37,982 nt of DNA from an uncultured Gammaproteobacteria bacterium (GCA_905479705.1 CAJQNP010000006.1:1-37982); one strand, 5' to 3'. Positions 1-10,783 are shown, counted from the first letter of the stretch. Numbers and translations: made by a program. The notes: a model not told the origin generated them from the sequence alone.

Positions 1-72
1 CGAATACAGGGCGGTGTTCGCAATCGGGGAACAAAGGGCAGACCGGTTGTTGATACCGGGTGTTTACATGGC

Positions 73-110
73 AAAAAAACGGCGACCTTCATTTTGTAGA
101 GGGTCGCCGT
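73..110 (-). terminator. Intrinsic terminator downstream of tRNA-Met
   Basis: ACGGCGACCTTC (79-90) / GAGGGTCGCCGT (99-110) inverted repeat with 1 mismatch; A7 at 73-79 gives a U-tract on the minus strand. Confidence 0.7.
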
Positions 111-165
111 ATTATTAGTATGAAATCTATCGCCGCCATGACCTGGCCACAGCAGTTTCCAGGTA

Positions 166-200
166 TTCAACAAGGGTTAAAACGCCTATAACCCTTTGAA
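166..200 (-). other. Hairpin immediately 3' of tRNA-Met
   Basis: AAGGGTTA (172-179) / TAACCCTT (189-196) perfect 8-bp stem, extendable by TTCA/TGAA. Confidence 0.5.
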
Positions 201-204
201 AATA

Positions 205-281
205 TGGTAGCTACGGGTGGACTTGAACCACCGACCCCAGCATTATGAATGCTGTGCTCTAACCAGCTGAGCTACGTAGCC
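205..281 (-). tRNA. tRNA-Met (CAT), elongator type
   Basis: Reverse complement GGCTACGTAGCTCAGCTGGTTAGAGCACAGCATTCATAATGCTGGGGTCGGTGGTTCAAGTCCACCCGTAGCTACCA folds as a cloverleaf; CAT anticodon, encoded CCA, resembles E. coli metT. Confidence 0.96.
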
Positions 282-353
282 AAGGGTGCGATAGGGTACC
301 TGAAAAGGCGTGCTGCGGACAAGTTCCTTTACGATATCAGCCGCCTACGGGCC

Positions 354-1445
354 CTAGACGTTGAAGCGGAAATGCATGACGTCGCCGTCCTGCACGATGT
401 ACTCCTTGCCCTCCAGGCGCAGTTTTCCGGCCTCTTTCGCGCCATGCTCGCCGTTACAGGCGACGAAATCGTCATAACTGACCACCTCGGCACGAATAAA
501 ACCCTTCTCGAAATCGGTGTGGATCTCGCCGGCGGCCTGCGGGGCGGTGGCACCGACGTGGGTGGTCCATGCGCGCACCTCCTTTACACCGGCGGTGAAG
601 TAGGTCTGCAGCCGGAGCAGCTTGTAGCCGGCACGGATGACGCGATTCAGGCCCGGTTCGTCGAAACCCAGCTCATCGAGATATTCCTTGCGCTCGGCGG
701 CATCCAGTTCGACCAGCTCCGCCTCGATCGCGGCACACACGGCGACGGTCTCTGCGCCCTCCTCCTCGGCACGTTTGCGCACGGCATCGAGGTAGGGATT
801 GTTTGCAAAGCCGTCCTCGCTGACATTGGCAACATACATCACCGGCTTGGAGGTCAGAAAGTGCAGGTCGTAAAGTAACGCCTGCTGCTCCTCGTCCAGC
901 GACATGCTGCTGATCAGCCTGCCGGCATCAAGATGATCGCGCACGCCTTCCATGATGGCGAGTTTTGCCTTCGCTTCCTTGTCTCCGCCCTTGGCAATCT
1001 TGCCTACACGCGTAAGGCCCTTCTCGACGGTCTCCAGGTCGGCAAGCGCAAGCTCGGTATTGATGACATCGATATCCCTTAACGGGTCGACACTACCGGA
1101 CACATGCACCACGTTGTCATCGTCGAAACACCGCACCACCATGCAGATGGCATCGGTCTCGCGAATGTTGGCGAGAAACTTGTTACCCAGCCCCTCGCCC
1201 TTCGACGCACCGGCAACCAGGCCGGCAATGTCGACAAACTCCATGGTGGTGTTGATGGTCTTCTGCGGCTGAACGATTTCAGACAGCTTGTCGAGCCGCG
1301 GATCCGGTATCGACACAATGCCGACGTTGGGATCAATGGTGCAGAACGGATAGTTCTCCGCCTGTATGCCGGCCTCGGTGAGGGCATTAAAGAGGGTGGA
1401 CTTGCCGACGTTCGGCAGTCCAACGATGCCACATTTCACACTCAT
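354..1445 (-). CDS. ychF: Redox-regulated ribosome-binding ATPase YchF
   Basis: [44 protein letters not shown]-terminal [10 protein letters not shown]. Confidence 0.98.
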   Translation of the reverse strand: MSVKCGIVGLPNVGKSTLFNALTEAGIQAENYPFCTIDPNVGIVSIPDPRLDKLSEIVQPQKTINTTMEFVDIAGLVAGASKGEGLGNKFLANIRETDAICMVVRCFDDDNVVHVSGSVDPLRDIDVINTELALADLETVEKGLTRVGKIAKGGDKEAKAKLAIMEGVRDHLDAGRLISSMSLDEEQQALLYDLHFLTSKPVMYVANVSEDGFANNPYLDAVRKRAEEEGAETVAVCAAIEAELVELDAAERKEYLDELGFDEPGLNRVIRAGYKLLRLQTYFTAGVKEVRAWTTHVGATAPQAAGEIHTDFEKGFIRAEVVSYDDFVACNGEHGAKEAGKLRLEGKEYIVQDGDVMHFRFNV

Positions 1446-1478
1446 GATTTTTCCGTGTCCAGGGTAACGAGATGTTGC

Positions 1479-2057
1479 TTATTTAGCCGTGTGCAGGGCC
1501 TGCATTGCCTTTTCAGTCTGCCCGGCAAGGATCTCCGGCAGGGCCTTGATGGCATCATCAATGGCCTGGTCGATCAGCACGCGATCATCACGCGAGGCAT
1601 TCTTCAGCACATAACCCACCACCTCATCACGGTGGCCGGGATGGCCAATACCGATACGCAGCCGCATGAAATCGTTTCCGCCGAGATGCGGTATCAGGTC
1701 ACGCAGGCCATTGTGCCCGCCGTGACCGCCGCCCCTCTTCAGCTTCACCGTACCCACCGGCAGATCCAGGTCATCATGCACGACCAGGATGGCGCTGCGT
1801 GGTATCTGGTAAAACTTCGCCAGTGACGCCACCGGCAGACCGCTGCGGTTCATGAAGTCCATCGGCTTCTGCAGGCGACAGTCGTGACCGGCGATGCTGC
1901 AACGGGCAACCTCGCTTTTATACCTGCTCTCGGGCTTGAAGCCGGCATTACACTGACGTGCAACTTCATCCACAAACCAGAACCCGGCGTTATGCCGGGT
2001 CTGTTCGTACTTTGCTCCAGGATTGCCCAGCCCGGCAACGAGCTGAATAGCGGCCAA
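1479..2057 (-). CDS. pth: Peptidyl-tRNA hydrolase (TTG start inferred)
   Basis: GLGNPG..Y..TRHNAGF, HDDLDLP, GGHGGHNGLR. TTG at 2057 has GGAG 7 nt upstream; the longer ORF call overlaps rplY. Confidence 0.96.
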   Translation of the reverse strand: MAAIQLVAGLGNPGAKYEQTRHNAGFWFVDEVARQCNAGFKPESRYKSEVARCSIAGHDCRLQKPMDFMNRSGLPVASLAKFYQIPRSAILVVHDDLDLPVGTVKLKRGGGHGGHNGLRDLIPHLGGNDFMRLRIGIGHPGHRDEVVGYVLKNASRDDRVLIDQAIDDAIKALPEILAGQTEKAMQALHTAK

Positions 2058-2070
2058 TGCCCGGCTCCGG

Positions 2071-2742
2071 CTAGCTTTCGCCTTCGCCTTCGCCTTCGCC
2101 CTTGGCCTCTTCTCCGGCCTCGCCACCCTCGGCTGCCGGCGCTTCTTCCTCGATCTCTTCAACGACGCGTTTCACGTGGATGGAGACCACCGAACTGTCG
2201 TGGTCTTCGCCGCGAGCCAGCTCGGTCAGGGTCACACCTTCAGGCACGTTCAGTGCGGACAGGTGAACGGAATCTCCGATCTCAAGCGTGGAAATGTCGA
2301 CCTCGATGTATTCTGGCAGATCCTTCGGCAGACACTCGATCGCAACTTCCGTCAGGTCATGTGAAACCAGGCCGCCGGCCTTCACACCCGGGGCAGTCTC
2401 TTCACCCAGTATGTGCACCGGCAGATGTGTCTTGAGTTTCTCGGTTGCACTGACACGCTGCAGATCCATGTGCAGGATTCGTGGCTTGCTCGGGTGGCGT
2501 TGCAGATCACGCAGGATGGCCTGCGTCTCGCCGCCACCACTCTTGACTGTCAGGATGTGCGAGTAAAACGCCTCGTTCTCGAGGTTACGCAGTACTTCAT
2601 TGTGTGACAGCGTCAGTGCTTCCGGATCCTTGTTTCCGCCATACATGATGGCAGGTACCTTGCCCGCATGACGCAGGCGGCGGCTCGCACCCTTACCTGT
2701 ATCAGTGCGTGACTCCGCATTCAGTTCAAAACTAATAGCCAT
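2071..2742 (-). CDS. rplY: 50S ribosomal protein L25/general stress protein Ctc (long form)
   Basis: GKGASRRLR..GKVPAIMYG, HMDLQRV, C-terminal beta domain and acidic tail. Confidence 0.97.
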   Translation of the reverse strand: MAISFELNAESRTDTGKGASRRLRHAGKVPAIMYGGNKDPEALTLSHNEVLRNLENEAFYSHILTVKSGGGETQAILRDLQRHPSKPRILHMDLQRVSATEKLKTHLPVHILGEETAPGVKAGGLVSHDLTEVAIECLPKDLPEYIEVDISTLEIGDSVHLSALNVPEGVTLTELARGEDHDSSVVSIHVKRVVEEIEEEAPAAEGGEAGEEAKGEGEGEGES

Positions 2743-2810
2743 GTTACTTCTCCAGTCTTAAATGCACCTCGCGGTGCGGTTTACGCCTTCCCCGCGACCA
2801 GGGAAGGCCT
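2743..2810 (-). promoter_or_regulatory. Structured rplY 5' leader (putative L25 autoregulatory leader)
   Basis: Minus strand: GCCTTCCC-TGGTCGCG-GGGAAGGC hairpin, then GCACC-GCGA-GGTGC (GNRA loop), then GGAG RBS. Confidence 0.55.
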
Positions 2811-2875
2811 GTGTGCGACATGGCGCAAAACGACCACATCGCGTAAAGCAAAAAATCCTGTTGCAACCGTTGCTT

Positions 2876-2961
2876 GTCATTCCCGCGCAAGCGGGAATCC
2901 AGCGCCGCTGTTCCGGATCTTTCTGGATTCCGGTTCCCAGCTGCGCTGCGCCCGGAATGAC
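2876..2961. repeat. GTCATTCCCGCG..GCGGGAATCCAG-type palindromic repeat (dRS3-like/REP-like pair)
   Basis: GTCATTCCCGCGCAAGCGGGAATCCAG (2876-2902) with inverted partner CTGGATTCCGG...CCGGAATGAC (2923-2961). Confidence 0.75.
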
Positions 2962-2979
2962 GAAAGAATCAGTTTATCT

Positions 2980-3945
2980 TTAATCCATATACAGTGAGCT
3001 GACCGACTCTTCCATGCTGATACGCCGCATGGTCTCGGCGAGCATGGCGGCGATACTCAGCTGCCTGATCTTTTCACACGCCTGCGCGTTTTCCTGCAGC
3101 GGGATGGTGTCGGTCACCACCAGTTCATCCAGCTCCGAGGCACTGATGTTGTCCACGGCCGAACCGGACAGCACCGGGTGCGTACAGTAGGCCACGACCC
3201 GGGCGGCGCCCTGCTCTTTCAGCGCCATGGCCGCCAGACACAGGGTGCCCGCGGTATCCACCAGGTCATCAACCAGGACGCAGGTACGACCCTCAACCTC
3301 ACCAATAATATTCATCACGCGCGCCTCATTCGGACGCGGACGTCGTTTATCAATAATCGCTAGGTCGGCATCGTCCAGGCGCTTCGCCAGGGCGCGCGCC
3401 CTGACCACACCGCCAACATCGGGTGACACCACCACGATATCCGGGTACTTCTGCTTCCACACATCGCCGAGAAGAATCGGTGACGCGTAGACATTGTCCA
3501 CCGGGATATCAAAGTATCCCTGTATCTGGTCGGCATGCAGGTCTACCGTCAGTACGCGGTCCGCCTTCACATTACTGATCATCTGCGCGACCACCTTGGC
3601 AGTAATCGGTACGCGTACCGAACGCGGGCGGCGATCCTGTCGCGCGTAACCGAAATACGGCACCACCGCCGTTATGCGCCTTGCCGATGAGCGATGCACG
3701 GCATCGATCAGCACCAGCAGCTCCATCAGGTTGTCGTTGGTCGGCGCACAGGTTGGCTGCATGATGAAAACGTCCTTGCCGCGAACGTTCTCGTTGATTT
3801 CGATCTGCACTTCACCATCGCTGAAACTGCCAACGCTGGCATCACCCATCTGCAGCTGCAGATGCCTGACCACGTCTTGTGCGAGCCTCGGGTTCGCGTT
3901 TCCGGTGAACACGATTATCGAGCTGTCTGATTCAGGTGCAGGCAT
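2980..3945 (-). CDS. prs: Ribose-phosphate pyrophosphokinase (start may be 3945, 3954 or 3957)
   Basis: [49 protein letters not shown]. Confidence 0.98.
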   Translation of the reverse strand: MPAPESDSSIIVFTGNANPRLAQDVVRHLQLQMGDASVGSFSDGEVQIEINENVRGKDVFIMQPTCAPTNDNLMELLVLIDAVHRSSARRITAVVPYFGYARQDRRPRSVRVPITAKVVAQMISNVKADRVLTVDLHADQIQGYFDIPVDNVYASPILLGDVWKQKYPDIVVVSPDVGGVVRARALAKRLDDADLAIIDKRRPRPNEARVMNIIGEVEGRTCVLVDDLVDTAGTLCLAAMALKEQGAARVVAYCTHPVLSGSAVDNISASELDELVVTDTIPLQENAQACEKIRQLSIAAMLAETMRRISMEESVSSLYMD

Positions 3946-4064
3946 AGCGTCCATCACGCGTTATCTTCAATAAGTTCTCTCGCGCCACGCGCTCGAGTCG
4001 AACCCTGAGGTTCTCATCCTGCCGCGTCCTGCAGCAGGGGCCATCGCTTCGCGATGTTTTAACA

Positions 4065-4139
4065 TGGCTGGGACGGCAGGATTCGAACCTGCGAATACGG
4101 GGATCAAAACCCCGGGCCTTACCACTTGGCGACGTCCCA
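4065..4139 (-). tRNA. tRNA-Gln (TTG)
   Basis: Reverse complement TGGGACGTCGCCAAGTGGTAAGGCCCGGGGTTTTGATCCCCGTATTCGCAGGTTCGAATCCTGCCGTCCCAGCCA; usual ispE-tRNAGln-prs position. Confidence 0.96.
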
Positions 4140-4182
4140 AATACTCTATTTAATGCTAAACCCGTCTGGGACGCTTATCTGT

Positions 4183-5043
4183 TTACTCCAGTGCACTCAG
4201 CAGTGGAGAACGGTTGGTACCACGCGTTACAAAGCCAGCCAGGTTCGCCGGTCGCTGTGCTGCCACTCGCTGCGCGTCCGCCTCCGTGTCGAATGCTGCA
4301 AACACGCAGGCACCGGTGCCTGTCAGCCGTGCGGGAGAATATGAATTCAACCAGTCAAGCGCCGCATCCACCTCCGGGTAGCTGCGCCGCACCACGGCCT
4401 CGCAGTCATTCCTGAGTTCACCCGAAAGAAGGTCGGGTATTCTCGTTCGGGGCGTGTCCCGTGTCAAACCCGGATCGGAAAAAACTGCGGCAGTTGATAC
4501 GCTTACCGGCGGAACCAGCAGCAAATACCATGCTTCCGGCGGGGTCACCGGGGTCAGGATCTCACCCACCCCCTCGGCCCAGGCCGCCTCGCCGTGTATA
4601 AATACCGGCACATCGGCACCCAGCGCCAGTCCCAGCCGGGCCAGCTCCGCGGCCGGCAGGTCCAGCCCCCAGAGGCGGTTCAGCACCCGCAGCGTGGTTG
4701 CGGCATCGGAGCTGCCGCCCCCCAGGCCACCCCCGATCGGCAGGCGCTTGTCGTTGTAAATCATCACACCGGCCGAGCAGCCCGTCGCCTTGCGCAGCAG
4801 CATGGCGGCACGCACGCACAGGTCTTCAGCGGCGGGCACAGCGGCCGGTTGCCCGGCGAGCTGTATGCCGGACTGGCCGTTTACATCAAAATACAGCCAG
4901 TCGCTGAGGGTCAGGAACTGGAATACCGTTTGCAGCTCATGGTAGCCATCCGCGCGCTGGCCGACCACGTGCAACATCAGGTTCAGCTTGGCCGGTGCCG
5001 GCCACGGACCACTGGCGCTGGCTGGAATCTCGGCCTGGTTCAT
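4183..5043 (-). CDS. ispE: 4-(cytidine 5'-diphospho)-2-C-methyl-D-erythritol kinase
   Basis: PAPAKLNLML, GYHELQT, PIGGGLGGGSSDAA, LGADVPVF. ATG at 5043 overlaps the lolB stop (ATGA). Confidence 0.96.
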   Translation of the reverse strand: MNQAEIPASASGPWPAPAKLNLMLHVVGQRADGYHELQTVFQFLTLSDWLYFDVNGQSGIQLAGQPAAVPAAEDLCVRAAMLLRKATGCSAGVMIYNDKRLPIGGGLGGGSSDAATTLRVLNRLWGLDLPAAELARLGLALGADVPVFIHGEAAWAEGVGEILTPVTPPEAWYLLLVPPVSVSTAAVFSDPGLTRDTPRTRIPDLLSGELRNDCEAVVRRSYPEVDAALDWLNSYSPARLTGTGACVFAAFDTEADAQRVAAQRPANLAGFVTRGTNRSPLLSALE

Positions 5044-5621
5044 GGCGCCACGGTCTTGGGCGGGCCCAGCTGCCATTCCGAGATCACCAGGCGCACGGCC
5101 ACGTCGTTGCGCGCCAGCTGCATCTTCGACGGCACGGCCGCACCCTCGACGAGCTTGTATTTCTGGTAGTTGATCACCCAGCCGGATTGCTCCAGCCGAC
5201 TCAGCTGACCGACAGCATCGTAGACCTCGATGGCCTCGACATTCGGTACCGGCAGGCCGCGTATCCAGTAGCGCAAGCCGACGACCGGCAGTCGCCAGCC
5301 GGTTACCTGCAGCAGCAGGGCATCGCCATCCTGCGCATAGGAAGACTGACCCGAGGCATCGACCAGTACGACACCGTGCTCATCACCGGCAATCTGGAAA
5401 CCACCCTGCCCCAGTGGACCGGATACCTTCAGCTGGTAACCGTCCGCCTGCTCCTGCCACAGCAGGCTTGCGTGCCAGCCCTCGTCGCCGTGTGTCAGGG
5501 CGATGCGGCCATTGAGTTGCCAGTCGGAGAAATCCGCCGGGGAACGGCTGGTCTTGAGCGGTGCGGTCGTAGCACAGCCGGCCAGCAGCAGGATCAGGAG
5601 GGGCCCGACGAAACGCTTCAC
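5040..5621 (-). CDS. lolB: Outer-membrane lipoprotein insertase LolB
   Basis: Lipobox LLAGC, WQLNGRIA, L..GPLG, GWRLPV..LRYWIRG, LEQSGWVINY; synteny with ispE. Confidence 0.93.
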   Translation of the reverse strand: MKRFVGPLLILLLAGCATTAPLKTSRSPADFSDWQLNGRIALTHGDEGWHASLLWQEQADGYQLKVSGPLGQGGFQIAGDEHGVVLVDASGQSSYAQDGDALLLQVTGWRLPVVGLRYWIRGLPVPNVEAIEVYDAVGQLSRLEQSGWVINYQKYKLVEGAAVPSKMQLARNDVAVRLVISEWQLGPPKTVAP

Positions 5622-7393
5622 GGGCTGTAGCGATTAATGATTTCCAGCAATACCGGATTGTCAGGTGCTGTCTTGCGCGAGGCTTCCCAGATGGCACGGG
5701 CCTCGTCATGGTCCCCCTGTACCCACATGACCTCGCCGAGGTGTGCACCGATCTCGCCGTCCTGCGTCATGTCCCAGGCGCGTTGCAAATGCTGGCGCGC
5801 CTGCGCGTAGTTGCCGAGGCGGAAGTGCACCCAGCCCAGGCTGTCGATGATTGCCGGGTCATCGGGTTCCTGTGCATAGGCGCGGTTGATGTAGCCCAGC
5901 GCCTCTTCATAGCGCGTGGTGCGGTCTGCCAGCGTGTAGCCCAGCGCGTTCAGGGTGCGGACATTGTCGGGATCCTGCTCGAGGATCTGGCGCATGTTTC
6001 TCTCTGCAATGTCGAGCTTGCCGAGCTTCTCTGCAGCCAGTGAATGGGCGTATAGCAGATCGGCATTATCGGGGCTGGATTGCAGCGCCTCGACATACAG
6101 GTCGTAGGCCTCCCGGTTAAGCCCCGCATCCGTGAGCACCTGCCCTTCCAGCAGGTAATAGGTCACGCTCTGCGTCGGATCTTTCTGGCGCAGCAGGCGC
6201 ATGTGATTCTGCATGGTGTCGATGTTGCCGTTCCTGACGAGGATTTCCGCGATGCGCAGCTGCGCCTGGCTCCAGTAGTCGCCCGACTCGACCTTGCCAT
6301 ACCACTGCAGTGCGGCCTGGTCATCGCCCTGCTTGAGACTGGAATAACCCAGGTAGTAATAGGCATTCTGGATATTCGGATCGATCTCGAGCAGCTGCAT
6401 GAGGTGCCCTTCACCGGCCTTGTACTGACCGGTCTCCAGCTCCAGCAGCGCCAGCGAGTACAGGCCATCCGGGTTTTCCGGTTCGAGTTCCACGACCCTC
6501 GCGAACTGGGCACGTGCACCCTTGAGATCCTCACCGTCAAGCAACATGCGGCCGTAGGCGAAGTGCAGGTTGGTGTTATCGGGATGTTTCTTGACGGCCC
6601 CGGCGAGCAGCTTGCGGGCATCATCGTTGCGGTCCATGCGCACCAGTATCTGTGCCTTGAGCAACAGTGCCGATGGCAGGTCCGGGCTGGTCTGCAGGGC
6701 CTTGTCGACCGACTGCAGGGCCTTGTCGGTATCGTCCGCGGTCACGGCGATGCGACTCAGCGCCATCCACGCATAGGGGTTGTCCGGGTTATGCGCGACC
6801 AGCTGCTCCATCGTAGCCATCGCCCTGGCCTTGTCTTCCTCACGGGCGAGGATGGTGGTGGCGAGGCTGTAGCCCTCCTCGGGATCATCCGAAATCGCCA
6901 GCAGGTAGTTCAGCTGGTTAATGACCTCGTCGTGGTCCTTGTTGTGCAGTGCCAGCGCAATCAGGGCCTTGCGTGCCTCGATACTGTCCGGGTCAAGCTC
7001 GACCCAGCGCCGCGCCGCACGCTCGGCCGCATCATAGGCGTTTGCATAGGAAGCAATCTGGACCGCACGTTCCGCGACCCGCGGATCCCGTGAATCCATG
7101 GCGGCCTGCAGGTAATGCGGCACGGAGATCATCATGACGCCGCGCTGACCGGCAATCTCGCCCAGCAGGATGTCATACATCAGGTCACTGGTCAGCGTCT
7201 GCTCGGGAGGCGCTTGCTCCGGCAGCGGCTCTGCCTGATCGACGCCAGCCGCCGGGGGCGGCTCGCTTTCGAGGTTCGCGGCGGAGGCCTGCCGGGCTGA
7301 CGACTGGTCGCCCGAAACGGCACAAGACGCCAGTGGCAGAACCACCAGCACACTTAAAACGGACACGCACAGCGAGTCCCAGAGTCTGTTCAT
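5618..7393 (-). CDS. Tetratricopeptide-repeat (lipo)protein
   Basis: Signal with LASC lipobox, many TPRs, LNALGYTLAD, DSLGWVHFRLG, HLGEVMW; conserved position between hemA and lolB. Start uncertain (7393-7447). Confidence 0.9.
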   Translation of the reverse strand: MNRLWDSLCVSVLSVLVVLPLASCAVSGDQSSARQASAANLESEPPPAAGVDQAEPLPEQAPPEQTLTSDLMYDILLGEIAGQRGVMMISVPHYLQAAMDSRDPRVAERAVQIASYANAYDAAERAARRWVELDPDSIEARKALIALALHNKDHDEVINQLNYLLAISDDPEEGYSLATTILAREEDKARAMATMEQLVAHNPDNPYAWMALSRIAVTADDTDKALQSVDKALQTSPDLPSALLLKAQILVRMDRNDDARKLLAGAVKKHPDNTNLHFAYGRMLLDGEDLKGARAQFARVVELEPENPDGLYSLALLELETGQYKAGEGHLMQLLEIDPNIQNAYYYLGYSSLKQGDDQAALQWYGKVESGDYWSQAQLRIAEILVRNGNIDTMQNHMRLLRQKDPTQSVTYYLLEGQVLTDAGLNREAYDLYVEALQSSPDNADLLYAHSLAAEKLGKLDIAERNMRQILEQDPDNVRTLNALGYTLADRTTRYEEALGYINRAYAQEPDDPAIIDSLGWVHFRLGNYAQARQHLQRAWDMTQDGEIGAHLGEVMWVQGDHDEARAIWEASRKTAPDNPVLLEIINRYSP

Positions 7394-7573
7394 AAACGCT
7401 TCCATTGGTGACATTCTAACAGCCACTTCTCTGCCCGGGTAAGTCAATGGACAGTAAAATCAGTATTTTGTTGTATATCTGCAGGGTATGATTCAGGATT
7501 CGCTCCCGGCTTGTATTAACTGACCCCGCCATGCAGAATTTTGCGTTCACTTGTTGATTTTCTTGAATTTGGT

Positions 7574-8839
7574 ATGCATCTGACCGTCCTCGGCATCAAT
7601 CACCGCACCGCTCCCGTGGAAGTGCGCGGCCAGGTGGCATTCCCGCCGGAATCACTGCCGCGCGCCCTGGACGAACTGCTGACGCTCAATGGCGTACAGG
7701 AAGCCGCCATCCTGTCCACCTGCAATCGCACCGAGATATACATCAACCAGGACAGCGACAGCGATGCATCAGTGGAGACCTGGTTATGTCGCTTTCACCA
7801 GCTGAACCCGACGAGCCTGGAACCGCACTGCTACACATATAAGGAATCAGACGCGGTGCGCCACATGCTGCGCGTCGCCGCCGGGCTTGATTCCATGGTG
7901 CTCGGCGAACCGCAGATCCTTGGCCAGATGAAGGACAGTTACCAGAGCGCACTCGAGTCCGGCAGCATCGACACACTGGTCAGCCGCCTGTTCCAGCATA
8001 CCTTCTCGGTCGCCAAGCAGGTCCGTACCGACACGGCCATCGGTGCCAGCCCGGTCTCTGTCGCCTTCGCGGCCGTGACCCTGGCAAAGCAGATATTCGG
8101 CGAGTTCGGCAACCAGACGGCATTGCTGATCGGCGCCGGCGAAACCATCGAGCTGGCCGCCCGTCACCTGCACGACCAGGGTACCGGCAAGCTGGTGGTG
8201 GCCAATCGCACGGTATCACGTGCGCATGAGCTGGCCGCCCGGTTCAACGGCTACGGCATCGCTCTGGACGAGATACCGGCGCACCTCGCCGAGGCCGACA
8301 TCGTCATTTCCTCGACCGGCAGCAGCACGCCCATCGTTACCCGGGAGATTGTCGAGGCAGCACTGGTCTCGCGCAAGCACCGCCCGGTATTGATGGTGGA
8401 CATTGCCGTACCGGCAGACATCGAGCCCGGCGTGGCCGGGTTTGATGACGTTTACCTGTACAGCGTCGATGACCTCAAGCAGGTCATCGAGGAAAACATG
8501 CGCTCCCGCCAGGAGGCCGCATTGCAGGCCGAGGAGATCATCGATGCACAGGTCGATCGTTTCATGTCATGGACCCGCTCTCTGGAAGCCGTGCCAACCG
8601 TGCGTGCCTACCGCGAGTACGCGGAATCGCTTGCACAGGCAGAGCGCGACAAGGCGCTCAACCAGCTGGAGAACGGCAAATCACCCGAGGAAGTCATCGA
8701 TACACTGACATACAATCTCGTCAACAAGCTGACCCACAACCCCAGCGTCAACCTGCGCGGCGCCGTTGCCGAGGGCGAGACCGGACTGCTCGAGGCCGTG
8801 CGCACCCTGTTCCGGCTCAAGGGCGGCCAGGACAAGTAA
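7574..8839 (+). CDS. hemA: Glutamyl-tRNA reductase
   Basis: [18 protein letters not shown] (catalytic Cys), [20 protein letters not shown]. Confidence 0.97.
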   Translation: MHLTVLGINHRTAPVEVRGQVAFPPESLPRALDELLTLNGVQEAAILSTCNRTEIYINQDSDSDASVETWLCRFHQLNPTSLEPHCYTYKESDAVRHMLRVAAGLDSMVLGEPQILGQMKDSYQSALESGSIDTLVSRLFQHTFSVAKQVRTDTAIGASPVSVAFAAVTLAKQIFGEFGNQTALLIGAGETIELAARHLHDQGTGKLVVANRTVSRAHELAARFNGYGIALDEIPAHLAEADIVISSTGSSTPIVTREIVEAALVSRKHRPVLMVDIAVPADIEPGVAGFDDVYLYSVDDLKQVIEENMRSRQEAALQAEEIIDAQVDRFMSWTRSLEAVPTVRAYREYAESLAQAERDKALNQLENGKSPEEVIDTLTYNLVNKLTHNPSVNLRGAVAEGETGLLEAVRTLFRLKGGQDK

Positions 8840-8841
8840 TC

Positions 8842-9933
8842 ATGCAACAGAGCATCATCAACAAGCTGCAGACGATCGAGGAGCGCCATACCGAGGTGAG
8901 TGCGCTGCTGGCCGACGCCGACACCATTGCCGACCAGGACAAGTACCGCAACCTGTCCAAGGAGTATGCGCAGCTCTCGCCCGTGGTCGACAGCTTCAAG
9001 GCCTGGCTGCAGACACAGGATGACCTGGCCTCGGCCGAGGAAATGCTCAGGGACCCGGACCCGGACATGAAGAGCATGGCCGAGGACGAACTCACGGATG
9101 TACGCCAGCGCTCGGAGTCACTGGAACACGACCTGCAGAAACTGCTGCTGCCGAAAGACCCGCACGATGACAGCAACATTTTCCTCGAGGTGCGCGCCGG
9201 TACCGGCGGCGACGAGGCGGCCATCTTTGCCGGCGACCTGTTTCGCATGTATTCGCGTTACGCTGAACTCAACAAGTGGCAGGTGGAGGTGCTCAGCGAG
9301 AGTCCCGGCGAGCACGGCGGTTACAAGGAAATCATCGCGCGCATCGTCGGACAGGGCGCCTACTCCCGGCTGAAGTTTGAATCCGGTGCACACCGCGTGC
9401 AGCGTGTACCCGAGACGGAATCACAGGGGCGTATTCATACCTCTGCCGCCACCGTCGCCATCATGCCGGAGGCCGATGAGGTCGACCCGGTGGAGATCAA
9501 CCCGGCAGACCTCAAGGTCGACACCTTTCGTGCCTCGGGCGCCGGTGGCCAGCATGTCAACAAGACCGATTCGGCGATTCGCCTGACGCACCTGCCCACC
9601 GGTATCGTGGTCGAGTGTCAGGATGAGCGCTCGCAGCACAAGAACCGCGCACGCGCCATGTCGCTGTTGTCCGCAAAATTGCTGGATACCCGGCTGGCAC
9701 AGCAGAAGGCCGAGGAAACCGAGGCACGGCGTACGCTGGTCGGCAGCGGCGACCGCTCCGAGCGTATCCGCACCTATAATTTCCCGCAGGGCCGCATGAC
9801 AGACCACCGCATCAACCTGACCGTCTACAAGCTGGACGAGTTCATGTCCGGCAATCTCGACCTGGCCATCGAACCACTGGTGCACGAATACCAGGCCGAT
9901 CAGCTCACCGCACTCAATGAATCAGGCGCCTGA
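8842..9933 (+). CDS. prfA: Peptide chain release factor 1
   Basis: [18 protein letters not shown] (PxT), [19 protein letters not shown]; ATG 2 nt after the hemA stop. Confidence 0.98.
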   Translation: MQQSIINKLQTIEERHTEVSALLADADTIADQDKYRNLSKEYAQLSPVVDSFKAWLQTQDDLASAEEMLRDPDPDMKSMAEDELTDVRQRSESLEHDLQKLLLPKDPHDDSNIFLEVRAGTGGDEAAIFAGDLFRMYSRYAELNKWQVEVLSESPGEHGGYKEIIARIVGQGAYSRLKFESGAHRVQRVPETESQGRIHTSAATVAIMPEADEVDPVEINPADLKVDTFRASGAGGQHVNKTDSAIRLTHLPTGIVVECQDERSQHKNRARAMSLLSAKLLDTRLAQQKAEETEARRTLVGSGDRSERIRTYNFPQGRMTDHRINLTVYKLDEFMSGNLDLAIEPLVHEYQADQLTALNESGA

Positions 9934-10783
9934 GCCGGACCCCGACTCACCCACCATCAAGCAACTGCTCGTGGAGGCAACGGCCCTGCTCGACAGCGAA
10001 TCGCCGCGACTCGATGCCGAGGTGCTGCTGGCACACGCCTTACAGCAACCGCGCAGTCACCTGCTGGCCTGGCCGGAAAAACGCCTGACCGCCGCACAAC
10101 TCGCCACGTTCAGGCAACTGTTACAACGTCGCTGCAACGGCGAACCGGTCGCCTACCTGACCGGTGAACGTGAATTCTGGTCACTGCCGCTGGGGGTCAC
10201 GACCGACACACTCATCCCGCGACCGGAAACAGAGAGCCTGGTTGCACTGGCCCTGGAAAAGATACCGGCCGATGCCCCGCAACTGATCGCTGACCTGGGT
10301 ACCGGCAGTGGCGCCATCGCACTCGCCATCGCCAGTGAACGACCACGCTGTACGCTCATTGCCACCGAGCGCGACCCGGCGGCGCTGGCCGTTGCGGAGG
10401 AAAACGCGCAACGACTCGGCATCACCACGGTGGCGTTTCGCCATGGCCACTGGTGTGAACCGCTGGCCGGTCTGCAAGCTGACCTGATCGTCAGCAACCC
10501 GCCCTACATCGCCGCGGCAGATCCACACCTGACGCGCGGCGACGTACGCTTCGAGCCACGCAGCGCACTGGCTGCCGGCCCGGCCGGCATGGATGACCTC
10601 ACGGCGATCGCTGCCTGCGCATCCCGCCACCTGAAACCCGGCGGCTGGCTGCTCATGGAACACGGTTTTGACCAGGGTGAACTGGCACGCCAACTACTGG
10701 AAGATACCGGCTTTTCACAGGTGCTTGATTATCGGGACAATGCGTCGCTGGCACGCGTCATCTCGGGCCAGTGGCCGGACTAG
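9917..10783 (+). CDS. prmC: Release factor glutamine methyltransferase
   Basis: [24 protein letters not shown]; follows prfA. Confidence 0.97.
   Translation: MNQAPEPDPDSPTIKQLLVEATALLDSESPRLDAEVLLAHALQQPRSHLLAWPEKRLTAAQLATFRQLLQRRCNGEPVAYLTGEREFWSLPLGVTTDTLIPRPETESLVALALEKIPADAPQLIADLGTGSGAIALAIASERPRCTLIATERDPAALAVAEENAQRLGITTVAFRHGHWCEPLAGLQADLIVSNPPYIAAADPHLTRGDVRFEPRSALAAGPAGMDDLTAIAACASRHLKPGGWLLMEHGFDQGELARQLLEDTGFSQVLDYRDNASLARVISGQWPD

Noticed and set aside
249-1826. Long antisense ORFs here and opposite most core genes (e.g. 6080-7093, 22905-23810, 33889-34737)
   Set aside because: Shadow frames expected from GC-rich codon bias opposite well-conserved genes.
2058-2162. Lys/Arg-rich N-terminal extension of Pth
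   Set aside because: Alternative-frame read of the acidic rplY tail; TTG 2057 has its own SD.
8569-8841. 91-aa N-terminal extension of RF1
   Set aside because: Overlaps the hemA 3' end; RF1 homology starts at ATG 8842.
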